DNA of 63,295 nt, filler included. It is 10 parts of 10 records of this genome, joined end to end, with 100 filler letters (N's around TTAATTAATTAA, not from the genome) between each part and the next. Parts side by side here need not be neighbours in the genome. Positions count along the whole stretch, not along the records: positions 1 to 11,398 come from SRR11831585_683; positions 11,499 to 22,222 come from SRR11831585_687; 8 more parts are not named here. The stretch is one strand, 5' to 3'. The notes beneath the pieces were generated by a model that ran no database searches, had not been told where the DNA came from, and worked only from the letters and a program-made list of their open reading frames with translations. Position 1 is the stretch's first letter; each line of letters begins with the position of its first letter. The position numbers and the translations under genes were made by a program. Positions 1 through 11,787 of the stretch are shown in pieces.

Positions 1-258
1 ACAGCAACAGCAACAACAATAACAACAACAACATCATCATCATCAGCGGAAGGAGGACATGAGAGCAAGTGCGTGTTGCAAGAGAATCAGAGACGCGCGA
101 ACGATAAGAGGGTGTGTTATGGTCTCACCCACTATCCACATGAATCAAGGACGCAGCGTATCAAGCACACACAAACATGCACACATACACACAGGCGCAG
201 TGAATGCCACAAACGTAACCCCAGGCCCATATGTAAACCCACACACACGGCCCCGTAC

Positions 259-3200
259 CGAGTCTTGGAGAGTCCCTTGTCCCACACCGCCAAGTTAACA
301 GAGGGCGCGTAGAGACGGTTCAGGGGCAGTTTCACAGGCAGCTCCACCGTCTGATAAAAAACAAAGGGTGTTAACGCTGACACTCTCTATGAGAGCAGAG
401 GAGATCACACCGACAATCGAGACAACACACCACAAAGCGCGCACACGCACACGCACATGCACATGCTTACCCACACACACCTCCAAGTAGTTGGGGTTAT
501 CGCCCGAAGGGGCCGAGCTGGGTCGTGTGGATACGGGTTTGGGCTGCTCAGATGATGTGGACTCAGAAGAAACCGCGCGCTACATACACAGAATACACAT
601 TAACACAAACAACGATGAGGGTGTTGCCGAATAGAAAGAAGACAGAGAGCGATCGCCCGTTCAGAGTGAATGTGAGAGACTCGGTTACATAAAGGAAACC
701 CACCAAGCAGATCAGTTGGTGGAAATCCGACAGAGAAGCAAGCAACGCGCAGCTGCATCGGGGCGGGGAAAAAATATCGAAAAACAAAAAAAACATGAAG
801 ACAAGCAAACGGCATGGATGGGTGCGTACCAAATCGAAATCGATGAACGGGGACTTGAGTTTGCCAAAGCGCAAGGGGAGCATGTTACGCAGACCCACCG
901 CGCTGATCTCAAAGATACAGTCCTGCACACAAAGGAGTCAGACACAGACGTAAACAAAAACTAACCACGTGAAACGAGAGAGCATATTACATTACGACAG
1001 ACAGAGAGAAGCTACATACAACGCACGCACACTCACTCATTCTCTGCAAACTGTGGTTCTCATGCTACCCGATAGATAGATAGTGTGCTAAACGAAGAAA
1101 CAAAAGTAGTAGACAACCAACATGTAACATGTGAGGACAAACCATAAGCAAATGTCCTCTCACACAAACAACACAACACAACGTGTGCACACACCTTAGT
1201 TTTCGGCGCCAGTTTCGGAATAGGGACAGATTTGGCTTCTTCCAGCGGTATGAGCTGAAACGAGGCGAGAATTTTGCCGTCACAGAGAGACTTGTCTTCC
1301 ACGTAGATGTCGTACCTGCATGTTGGGGTGTGTCAAGTAAGGAAAACGATGAGCAGGAGGACAAGGGAGGCATAAGGTCGGATCGCACTCACGAACACCC
1401 AAACAGGAATCACAACTAAATGTTATGATTGAACAATGACACAACAAAACCACACATCACATAATAGCGCACACACACACGGCGCATACAGCACACGATC
1501 GCGTACCACACAGGATCGCCCGGCCAGCGACGGGGTGCCTTGGTCGCAGGGACCTCAAAGCGGCCCAGAAAGTCATCTCCGCCCGGCTCCTTGTCATAAT
1601 CGTACACCTAACTGGAGGTCAACAATATGACTGTCACAGCAACTGAGTCACACACGGATTCACGCCATCCCACTGCCATAGCATCCACGAGGGAGCGGGA
1701 GTACTATCCACACAAAATACACCACACCGCAACGCACCAGCACAGAAATGTTCTGAGCAAGCGAGAGCGGCGTCGGGAGCTCGACCTCCATCTTGACGGT
1801 TTCGAACCACTGCGGGAAGCAGGTCTGATACTTGATGGTGGTCTTGACGCGGTGGGGGCCCAGACGCACCACACAATACGGGTCCGAGGAGCCGTTGTCA
1901 TCCGCGGGTGGGAGATCGTAGCCCTGCAATAAGTGTACACGCACGCATGAGAAGGGCGCCTCACAAACAACACAGACACAACCATGGACCAGAATACCCA
2001 TTCATACGCAAGAGGCAGATGACCAAATGTTGTGTGCAACGCACCTGGTAAATATGCGCACGGAGTTCGAATTTCTTCATGGTAGGCATCGAGAGCTTCT
2101 CGCGCGGTTTCATCGGGATCGAGTTGGTCGGACCGAACTCACACCTACAAACGTGTGCAAGCAAACACAGAACGAAGAGGACGGGAGATAAGCACCTGAA
2201 CAGAGAGACACAACACCCAACAAGCGCACATAGACGCACACATTCTCAGCTCTCAGGCGTACCGGAACAGCAAGAACCCGGGGATATTTTCGTCTCCGCC
2301 CACGGATGAGTCTTTGTCCTTCGTGAGGGGCACCCACTTGGCAGGATGGTCAAACCCAGCAACAAAGGGGTCGTTCGTCTGCATGATGCATGAACAGCAC
2401 GTAAGAACGGATTCAACAACGACACGCAGTGCATTGTCTGTTCATTGTTACAACACCGCAGCTAATAGGGCAAGACAGCATTCCCATACACGAGCACAGA
2501 ACCACACATTCACATTCTTCCACACATAACACACCCACACACGCACACACGCAAACGCACCTTAAACCGAATGAACCCAATCCGAGCGCGTCCCAAGGGC
2601 CCGCTGCGTGCATGGACCTCAATGATGATGTCCGGATGGCTCTGCTCGTCCAAGGGGAGCGCAATGCTCAGGTCCTCAAATTGTGTCCACAGACGGCACG
2701 ACCCGCCCTTCTGTTTGCAGGAGAGAGAACGAGTGTGAGTGTGTGTGTGTGTGTTAAGTGATGGGGTGAGCGCAAAAGGTGGTAGAAAAGACAGGAGTGG
2801 ACACACACACGCACACACGCACAGCACACACATACACACACAAGCACAGGCACACACACGAACCTCAATCGAGGCGCCGCACTTGAGCTTCTCAGCACCG
2901 ACATGCACCTCCACATCCACAGCCCCCATACTGCTCACTGGGAACTCGGCACTGCGCAATAAATAAAATCAGCTACGGACCTGACACTCGGAAACATAGT
3001 TGAATACAAACTAGCAAAAGCAAAGATCAATTCAAAGCGACATCACACAAGGACCACACATACCCCGCAAGCATGTCGCAGCGAAGAGTGTAGCTCTGTG
3101 TAACGGGCAGAGGCAGCGGGTTCAAGAAGCACTTATTCAGCTGCGGAACAACAAAACACGACGGTCAATAACCCCGCGCACTCCATATGGATGTACACTC

Positions 3201-5734
3201 TGCACCCCGTACAAAGACACAGCGCGCATACATAGAATGAACACAAGAACACCACCCACATCGCGCCCTTCCCTGAAAATATGCGATACACTATTTGCAC
3301 CGCGGCGCATACCCGAGCCACGGCGCCCTCGCGCACAATGTTGGCCTCGATGCCCATCAGCACACGGCCGCAGTACTCTGTCAGCTCATTCATCGCTTTG
3401 CGCCCGATCTACCACAAACAATAACTGTCAGGATACAATATAGAGTAGCACACACAGACAGCACACAGACAAACTACAAATAGGACTCGCAAATGCGACC
3501 CAGCAACGTGCAGATAAACACAAGCGCAGCGCACCTTTGCGAACCCCTCACGCAGCGTGGCGGTCTTGGGACGGTAGAGACACACCCACTTGGGGCCAAA
3601 CCCATGCTCGGAGAGCAATATATCGGTGAAGCGGTAAAACAGGCTGGCTATGATCTCGTTGCGGCCCACCTGCGTCCCCATACATAAACACACCGCAACA
3701 AGGGGAAACACAAGACACGCACTCGCACGAAAAAATTCAAACAATACAAGCAGGCAGCCTCGAAAACTAGAAGCGATCGTATCACGAGTTTCGGCAATAA
3801 ACAATAACGCCAATCACACCAACCACAACAGCACGGTCATAACTATCACAGACACGTACCTTGTGACGATCAACCACGTTGACCTGAATGCGGTCGCTCA
3901 TGGTGGGCGTCAGAACCGGCAGCGACAACTATACAACGCACCAAAAAAAACTGAACTTAGAAATGACACAGGGGGGATAGACCAGGAAGAAGAAGCTTGG
4001 CCTGGATAAACACACGGACAAAGATACAGCGCAGCATGCACACACACACACAATGCTGCGAGAAACAGAACGTGTCTTTCCATGATAACTTGATCCTCTC
4101 ATACGTCATAACACGCAGAAACGACACGCTCACCAGATACGGTGATATGCACAACACCGCAGGACCAAGTGAGTGATTATCTGCATTTGATTGCAGTACC
4201 TGCGTGTTCCAGACAGGGCTAGCTGTCTTGGATTGGGGGTCTGTCTGGTGTGTGATACTTGCAAACTGAACGTCCACGAAGGGATCCACCGCGGAGACTG
4301 CACACACGAGAGAGATTGTCATCAAAGGAACCACAACGAACGGAAACGGACAACAACAAACCGACATAGAATACGGCACACACAAACACCAAAATCAGCA
4401 GCAGCAGAGGAGACACCAACTTCGCAATCAGCGTACAAGGTCCTGAGGACGGCAAGCCCTCTGCACGATAGAAGGAGAGGTCCAGTGTGTAGGGTTGCAG
4501 TTGGATGTCGGGCGGCATCAGAACCTGACACACAGCATAAGATACACAGCACAAAAGTTTCATTCCCACACTATTGCATCGCGTGGGATACAGAACAAAA
4601 ATCACAATAACGAACGCACACGCATAGTGTCCCCTTCACTCGCCCGCTCACTCATTCATGACATCATTCTCTCTCTCTCGCACTGACGCCGCACACATAC
4701 CAGGTCCTGCAGGTTTGTGGTCTCGAGGGCCTCCTCATCGTCCTCGTCTGATTCGTGGATGGGCTGTGCGTCAGAGGGGCCCAGCACAGTCACACTCACT
4801 TTCAGAAACCCCTGTGGCGCAGACACATACACACAGAATCACGTCAGAACGAGAAAATGTATACAATGCAGCAAGTGCGGTTGTGCGTGGAGAGTGGAGA
4901 GCACTCCGCGACGCGGCTGAAAGCAAACACTCGAACCAGAGTTACACCAATAATGACACATCGCACGCATGGATACCTCTCGAAACCCCCCCCCCCCTCC
5001 CCTCCTTTTCTCTTTACAGCGCCATAAAACGCACAGCATTTACGCAGCAACAAACATGGAATATACTGTGCAGCACAAAGAGCACAGACACACACAACAC
5101 ACATACGCGGATATCGTCGTGGTCCGGGTGGTCCGTCAGCGCGAGCCAGCGTCGGTACAGTTCGTGGCTCTTGCGATCATACACACTGCGCGCATCAATC
5201 TCATAGCGGCCTGCACACACCAGTCAGAATCCGCCCACTGCCGCGCCAAGAGACAAGAAACACAAAACTCGAATACGGGATAGTGTAGATGGTATACCGA
5301 TGGTGTTGTCGCGTCCAAACGTGCACGCATCAAATACGTGGAAAGCGATCTTGGTGTTCTCCATTTCCGCCGGTGACCAGTTAAAGTTGAAGAAAAACAG
5401 GTGATTCCAGACGCATGAGGATGTCTTCTTCTGAATAGACGTGTGCTGTTTTTCCTTGCCAACAGAAACGAAGCAAACAGGATCAACAGAATCGCCAGAT
5501 TTCCTACCGGAGCCATCAGCGGTGCGTCATGCACACATGAATGACCACGTACTCGCCTCCCTTTAACTCACGGACTTCGATGACCTCCACCTGGATAGTG
5601 TATTCGCTGCGTCCCTGACTGTCTACCGCAGCTGCTCGTGAACGTGACTTCGAACCGCTGCGAAACATGCCCACTCCCGCTGGCGCATCTTCTACCTCTG
5701 CCACAGCGGTTTCCAGCACACGGTTGGTCGCCAT
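259..5734 (-). CDS. Ferlin-family multi-C2-domain protein, ~20 exons, 3' part runs off the window start
   Basis: Spliced by eye through GT-AG introns from ATG 5734: YTIQVEVIEVRELK..DPVCFVSVGKEKQHT..WNHLFFF..FHVFDA; GRYEIDARSVY..HELYRRWLALTD; GFLKVSVTVLGP; FYRAEGLP..VDPFVDVQFA..PVWNTQ|LSLPVLTPTMSDRIQVNVVD; FGPKWVCLY; YCGRVLM; FELRAHIYQ|GYDLPPADDNGSSDPYC..TCFPQWFET; VYDYDKEPGGDDFLGRF; VGLRNM. These are ferlin C2/FerI signatures. Confidence 0.9.
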
Positions 5735-6575
5735 CGCTGGTGCCGTAGGGGGAATGCTCGTTCGCGTTGAGAGAGAAATACAAAACGTTGTTTTAGCGAC
5801 AAAATTGTCTCCCGAGACATGCAGCCACGTCCACCAGAGCCAGAGGAGAGGAGAGCATTCCTGTCAGACATATCGGACAGGATCCGAGAGATCGGCTCGG
5901 CGTGGTGGCGACTTGTAGCTCCTAGGAGTGATCTATCGATTGAAATCCACCGCAGGCTCACAATATTATACTAATCTATCGGTCTCCGGCAAGGCAACCA
6001 TATCATTCTTATTCATATGAATCCCACTTGGTTGGGATTCTCGAGATCTAGCGTCACCCGAGGGCATCAGTACTGCACCTCAATTCGTCTGTCATCATTC
6101 TCTTGCTGCCTCTATGATCAACGTTATTGACTCACTGGAGCGTAACTGCTGCAAAAATGGGCGTGTGGCATCTCGATGCGATGTAGATAAAACGATCAAC
6201 GTTGGCAGCTCATGAGGTGGCGAGCCTACTCCCTACAGGAGAGGCTATTGAGGACGCGAGGACAGACAGGTACATATGACCTTGCCAGCAATTGCCAGGT
6301 TCACAATAATCACCGCCACCTCGATCCTTGTGTCACCGCTATCTGGCGTTTTTTGCAGATATGTGTACGTGACGATCGATGCAATCAACAGAGGCGCCGA
6401 GGCGGCCCAATAAAACGCGAGAAGGAGACGGAGACGGCTGCCTGACAGAACGCTCCTCAAAACTGTCGACGCTTAGCGACGTCAGCGCTCCTCAAAGTTG
6501 AGGTGCTGTTGGTGCTTTGAACTGCTGATGTTGAACAAAACCCTTTATTTGCATACAAGAATTCGTTGCGGGAAC

Positions 6576-8353
6576 ATGAATCAATACCAACCTGTACGAG
6601 CGGTATGTGCGGTTCCCTTTGCATGCTCGACTGTTGACTGTTGGCTTCAATCTTCACCTTTCATCGAAAGTTTGCTAACATCTATCACGCCCATCAGCGC
6701 CCCGCAGAGCCACTTATCAAGTATAAGAAAGGCCAAGCCCAGTATTATCCGCAGAAATTTCCTGGCAGCTCTCAAGATTTCATTGCATCAGTGGCAATCC
6801 TCGGAAGGGCTCGTGTGGGCAAGAGTTACCTAGCGAACTCACTGCTTGCATGTGAGGACGTATTCTGCGTTGGCAATGCAGGGGCCTGCACCGAAGGGAT
6901 TGACATCTCCCAGCCAATCCTTCTCGAGGACTTCGCCAAAGCCAACGGATTGCAGTACACTGCACCAGGTTCCGCCAAGACTCGTCTGGTGATTCAGGAT
7001 GTAGAAGGAGCGGGAGTGAAAAGCCAGAGGAGCTCCATTCGCAACGATCTGATCGCTCTTCTGAGCAGTCACGTAGCGGTGCTGAACATCAAGGGGCAGC
7101 TCCTGCCTGACGAGATCCTGTCCATGCTGAAGACCCTGCATGACACCGCGAAGCAAGTCAAGGTCAGCGCTGGATCAGGGCCCAAGTTCGGTCATCTGCA
7201 CCTGGTCTGCCACGACTGGACGCATGGGGACCGGGTGACGGCCGACGACATGACCGCAAGCATCCTGGGGCCAAACAAGAGCCACCGTGCCTCGCCCGTG
7301 CGCGTGACCGAGTGGGAGGACCAAGACGACGCCGAGGAGGAGGAGCGACGCCAGCTGCAGGCGGCCGTGCGCGGCATGTTCCGCTCCATCACCGTGCACA
7401 CGCTGCCCCTGCCCGCCGACGACACAGTCATCGCACAGCATCAGTGCGTGCCGTTCCACCTGCGCCGTGCGGATTACGTCAAGGGCGTGCAGGCCCTGGC
7501 GGCATCGATCCTGCAGCAGCTGCGAGACCAGCCGTGCCTGCCCATGCACAGCCTTCCGCTCACTGCAAGCGGGTTTGCTGCACTCGTGCGCGCTCTGTGC
7601 ACCGCGGTGAACAGCCAGGATATCATCAACGCAGCGGACCTGCGTGGGGCGGTGCAGCGTGCGCACTGGAACGACATGTTTCATGCGGTCCAGTCGCAAC
7701 TGCTGAGCGGCCTGCAGGCTGTGAAGCTGCCTGCTCCCCAGTCCGAGCTGGAGCTGGCTCTGCGACAGATGGTGGAGCGGCACCTCACTCGGTTACAGGC
7801 GCAGCTGACGGAAGGGGGCGCGCCTCCGCACGTCTGCACCCAGCTCATGGCATCACTGCAGAGCGCCGCCCAGCCTGCGGTGCAAAACATACTGCAGCGC
7901 AACCAGGCGGAGCTGAGTGCCGAAGCGGAGCGCACCCGTGCGGACCGCGAGCGCCAGCTGCGAGAGCAGGCACAGAAGCAGCAGGAAGCCGAGCGTCTGC
8001 AACACAAGCAAGAGCAGGAGCGGCTGGAGCGGGAGCGAGAGAAGGCGCGACAGGAGGCCGAGGCGGAGCGGAGACGGCGCAGGGAGGCCGAGGAGCAGGC
8101 AGCACGACAAGCCCAAGAGCGGCAGGCTGCGGCGGAGCGCTCACAGGTCGTGTATGTGGCTGTACCATCCGCACCCTACATGCCCTACGGGGGCATGGTC
8201 GCTCCATCGTACGGGTTAGGCGGTGCCGGCCAGCGCAGTTCGTCTTCGCATTCTTTGGGGTACCGCCATCCCGACAACTGCTACGCGCAAGCCGCCAGCG
8301 GGCGAATGTTCTACAACGTCCGTGGCGCAGGGGGGCGGTTTTGTAAGAGGTAA
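6576..8353 (+). CDS. Guanylate-binding protein (GBP)/atlastin-family large GTPase with coiled-coil and basic tail; 2 exons (6576-6602, ~6698-8353)
   Basis: G1 GRARVGKS, G2 CTEGI, G3 DVEG, G4-like VCHDW, TLPLP, PLTASGF. The ORF-track TTG start has an in-frame TGA two codons upstream. An upstream exon MNQYQPVRA|gtatgt splices in phase 0 to cag at 6697 (branch-like CTAAC at 6675) or to aag at 6670. Confidence 0.85.
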
Positions 8354-8959
8354 TCCTGGTGTAACGAGTCCGAGCGGTGTAGATAGGGAATGGTTAGGAG
8401 GGAATGTAGAAAGGGTATGTACCAGAAGATGTATCGGGGATCAAGGTTGAAGAATATGTCCTGTAATAATGTGTACAACGAGTGCCTATAACATATTGTC
8501 GATAGTGCGTGGGGGTGGATTCGTGTTTATAGAGGTGTCGATGATGGATAATACATATGTGTACATAATAAAGCCGGTGTCTCTTCATGAATGCACGGCA
8601 CAAATTGAAGCAAACAGATCAAAGTGAAGGGGCAGCAGCGTTATATATATTCCAAACACTAGGGCGGCGCAAAAGCGGCCAGGTCCAAAATACCACACAC
8701 AAGCCCGCAGCTCAACAAAGAAAATCACTGTTGTCTGCGCTCGCTGAACAAAGTACGCCGCTTGCAGCCAGCCAACGGAACAAAGGCTGTACACAGTTAC
8801 TAATCATTACATATCCTCGCGCGCGGACCGGTACGAGCTTCTGATCGCAAACTGTACCATCAGCAGTCTATGCGCGCTGGTACAAATACACACGCACATA
8901 CATACGCAACACACACACTAACTGTCACTAGATAGAGAGCGGTCCCTGCATCTCTGTGC

Positions 8960-11398
8960 TCAGTACGTGCGCCGCGACAGGGTTCGTTTCTGCAGCATGT
9001 ACGGGCCCGGCCCCGGGTTGTCCTGTCACGAGGGTAAGCGAGAGGTGCGATTTTTTGCAAGACAATGTCAACAGTCAAAGAGTACAAAGACGCACACACA
9101 CATGCAGAGAACGAATCACACCATGAACGGAGTGGGACACAACAGCAATACGGAGTCACACAGTTACGGATCGTGTTGCATCCGTAGATACCAACCACCA
9201 TCCACCCTTCAACATCACATACAGAGCAGAAGATGAGAATACATACGGGACGCGGTGGGTACCTCGTCAGGCGCACGAAGTAGAGGGGTGTGCACGGTGG
9301 CTGTGCCACTCAGCGTGGGGTGAAAAGTCGCCCGCTCCTGCACAGACACAGCACACAGACAGCAAGGCCCGCACAGTGAGAGCACGAAGCAGAACATTGT
9401 TGGCGACAATAGAAAACGGAGCAGAAAAAACAACCACGAGTCAAGGTGAACACGAACGAGGGAACAACAGTGTGATAGATTGCGTTACAAGAGTACACAC
9501 CATAAGCAGTGCAGAGGAGGACAGATCAGGGTCCGTGCTGCGATCACGAATCGATCCGGGCCGAGCTCTGAGACTCAGACGGATTTTCTACCACAATCAC
9601 AACACACACACACGTTGGAAGTTGATCAAATACGGAGCGACGCTGTCATATTTGCGGGGTTTCACCAGCCTACCGAACCACGGTGGACGCATACGCAAGC
9701 CCACAAACCAACGGGACGTAACGTTGCAGATAGACGCTGTGGTGCCGTACCTGACGGGCAGAGGGGAAGTATGTTTTTCTGAGCGTCTTGAGCGCAATCA
9801 CCGGTACCATCGCCGTTGCAACGATCAGCTACACGTTGCACAGATGAGACGATGAAACGTAATATTGTTTCCCACTCACATATATAGGCGACCACGCTGC
9901 CATAGCATAGCATAACAACGGCATATGCGCAACGCAACTCAGAGGTCACTCGCACCCACTACACACACTCCCTCTCACGCAAACAAAGCATGGACGTACA
10001 AAGATGAAGAACCAGAACTGCGGGTCCATGTAGAGCGTGTTCATGGAGTAGTAGAATCCAAAGGGCAGAATGAGCTGTCCCACAGACATGATGAAGAAAT
10101 ACGCGGCCAGCGTGCCCCAGATGACAATGTGGTTGGGGACGGTGAACAGACTGTGATGGGTGGAGACACAGCAAAAGTCAGCGGGGAAAGAGAAAGAACA
10201 GAAGAAACGCGGGAATAAGGAGCTTACCACCACGCGCACATCAACCACACACAGGCACATCAAGAGCGATCGAAACCAGAGTAGTGAGCAGAAGCACACA
10301 CACGAGGCGTACTGGGTTTCGAACGCGATAGTCAGAGTCTGGATAAACATTCCGGACGTGTATGCGGCCATGCCCATGTCAATCATGCTGCACGGCTGTC
10401 CGTTTTGTGGGTGCACGTACGCGGGCCCGAACGCAACAAATACAAATATACAATTGAGGGAAGCCTGCACATGAGACAGGGAGCGTGAGACTCTAACGAG
10501 AGGGACGAAGATTCTGCAGTGAGGTAGGTGCGTGTCTGTGTCTGTGTGTGCGTGTGTGCGTGTGTGCTGCTGTGTGTGTATGGCAGATAATCGAAAAATA
10601 AATAAAAGCACGGAACGGTTGTCGGCCTCCGGTTCATCGACGTACATGAAAGAGGGCTCTGAGGAACCACAACGTTGTGGTTCTCTTGTTCAGAAGTCTG
10701 CAACACACACCGTGGGTCAGCGTCACTCCACGAGCAAACAATAACAAGAACAACAAAACAAGAACAAACAACAACAACAACAACAACTAAGAAAAACGCA
10801 AGCAGTCTCAGTTCCGCCCGGCATCCCCCATAGCACGTACTCTCCATTCTGCTGGTCCTTATACAACTCGGGGTTTCTTACAATAACATCATCCGGTACA
10901 TCTTTGTCCAGGGCGTAGAAAGCCACAGGGAAGCCGGTAAACACAATATTGTACAACATAAGCGAAACACTATTAAACAGGCTGGTGCCAGAGAAGTTGG
11001 ACACAAATGCGAACCTACACACAGCGAACAGAACAGATACAGAGACAGATACACATGTGAGTAAGCGAACAGGGGCCAAGCAGGAACAACAGGCACCCGC
11101 CACCGTACTCATTGACGATACTCGGCACATAGCATTCGTGTACATTTTATGTTCACAACATATACACATAAATATACACATATACAGAAACAAGCACACA
11201 CCGCATCACGATGCCACCCAACACCTCGGAAGCACAAGTACCCTAGCTGAGACAGACGAACAGGCTCTTACAGAAGCGGTACTGACACTCACACATATAT
11301 ATGTAAATGTTTGTACATATACAAAGATACACGCATAAACAAGCACACGCATCACTAGGCCGTACCCGAGCTGCATGAGGCAGATGAAGAGGCTCTTA
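8960..11398 (-). CDS. P4-ATPase phospholipid flippase (ALA2-like), C-terminal exons only
   Basis: Spliced exons KSLFICLMQLG|FAFVSNFSGTSLFNSVSLMLYNIVFTGFPVAFYALDKDV..NPELY; FTVPNHIVIWGTLAAYF; DPQFWF|LIVATAMVPVIALKTLRKTYFPSARQ; the last exon ends ..SRRTY* at 8960. SGTSLFNSVSLM.YN matches my recollection of plant ALA2. Confidence 0.85.
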
Positions 11399-11498
11399 NN
11401 NNNNNNNNNNNNNNNNNNNNNNNNNNNNNNNNNNNNNNNNNNTTAATTAATTAANNNNNNNNNNNNNNNNNNNNNNNNNNNNNNNNNNNNNNNNNNNN
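11399..11498. other. Artificial contig linker N44-TTAATTAATTAA-N44; also at 22223-22322, 35445-35544, 42610-42709, 44751-44850, 47314-47413, 50212-50311, 58093-58192 and 60823-60922
   Basis: Nine identical 100-bp spacers carrying stop codons in all six frames. Confidence 0.99.
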
Positions 11499-11642
11499 CG
11501 GCGCGAACGCCTTATCCGGCCTACAAAACCAGCAATTTCAATACGTTGTAAAACTGTAGGCCTGATAAGACGCGGTAAGCGTCGCATCAGGCATTGAGCA
11601 CCGAATGCCGGATGCGGCGTGAACACCGTTTCCGGTCTACAA
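11499..11642. repeat. REP/BIME palindromic units
   Basis: cgccttatccggcctac, gtaggcctgataagacgcg..gcgtcgcatcaggca, gccggatgcggcgtgaac. Confidence 0.93.
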
Positions 11643-11754
11643 CAGCCTTAGCATCCTCAATTTCGTGGCGGGTCACCCGTGCAGGTTTTTTCAAACCTTG
11701 TTTAATCTCGACAGCCTCTTCCAGAGAGGTTTTCAACTCATCAAAAAAACTCAT
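11587..11754 (-). pseudogene. nadS: Truncated NadS-family ORF (55 aa) ending in REP-derived sequence
   Basis: RBS GAGG then MSFFDELKTSLEEAVEIKQGLKKPARVTRHEIEDAKAV, which resembles the NadS N-terminus, then VDRKRCSRRIRHSVLNA* read through a REP. No HTH domain follows. Confidence 0.6.
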
Positions 11755-11787
11755 TTTATACCTCGCCTTTGAGCAGTTTCATCACGG

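Noticed and set aside
1..5200. Many H/T-rich (+) and C/V-rich (-) short ORFs
   Set aside because: Translations of CA/TG-rich introns.
6011..6040. Palindrome attcatatgaat and hairpin gaatccca..tgggattc; direct repeat cgctcctcaaa at ~6451 and ~6486
   Set aside because: Too short. I found no matching element end on the far side of the GBP-like gene, so no mobile element is supported.
7175..8346. Long overlapping ORFs (7312-8346 +, 7175-7783 -) within the GBP-like gene
   Set aside because: Shadow ORFs from high GC3 and stop-codon depletion; no recognisable motifs.
259..11398. Alternative genetic code or non-canonical introns in the eukaryote
   Set aside because: The exons I reconstructed stay open under the standard code with GT-AG boundaries.
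11443..11454. TTAATTAATTAA repeats as piggyBac target sites or a CRISPR-like repeat
   Set aside because: Centred in fixed N-runs; a synthetic six-frame stop spacer.
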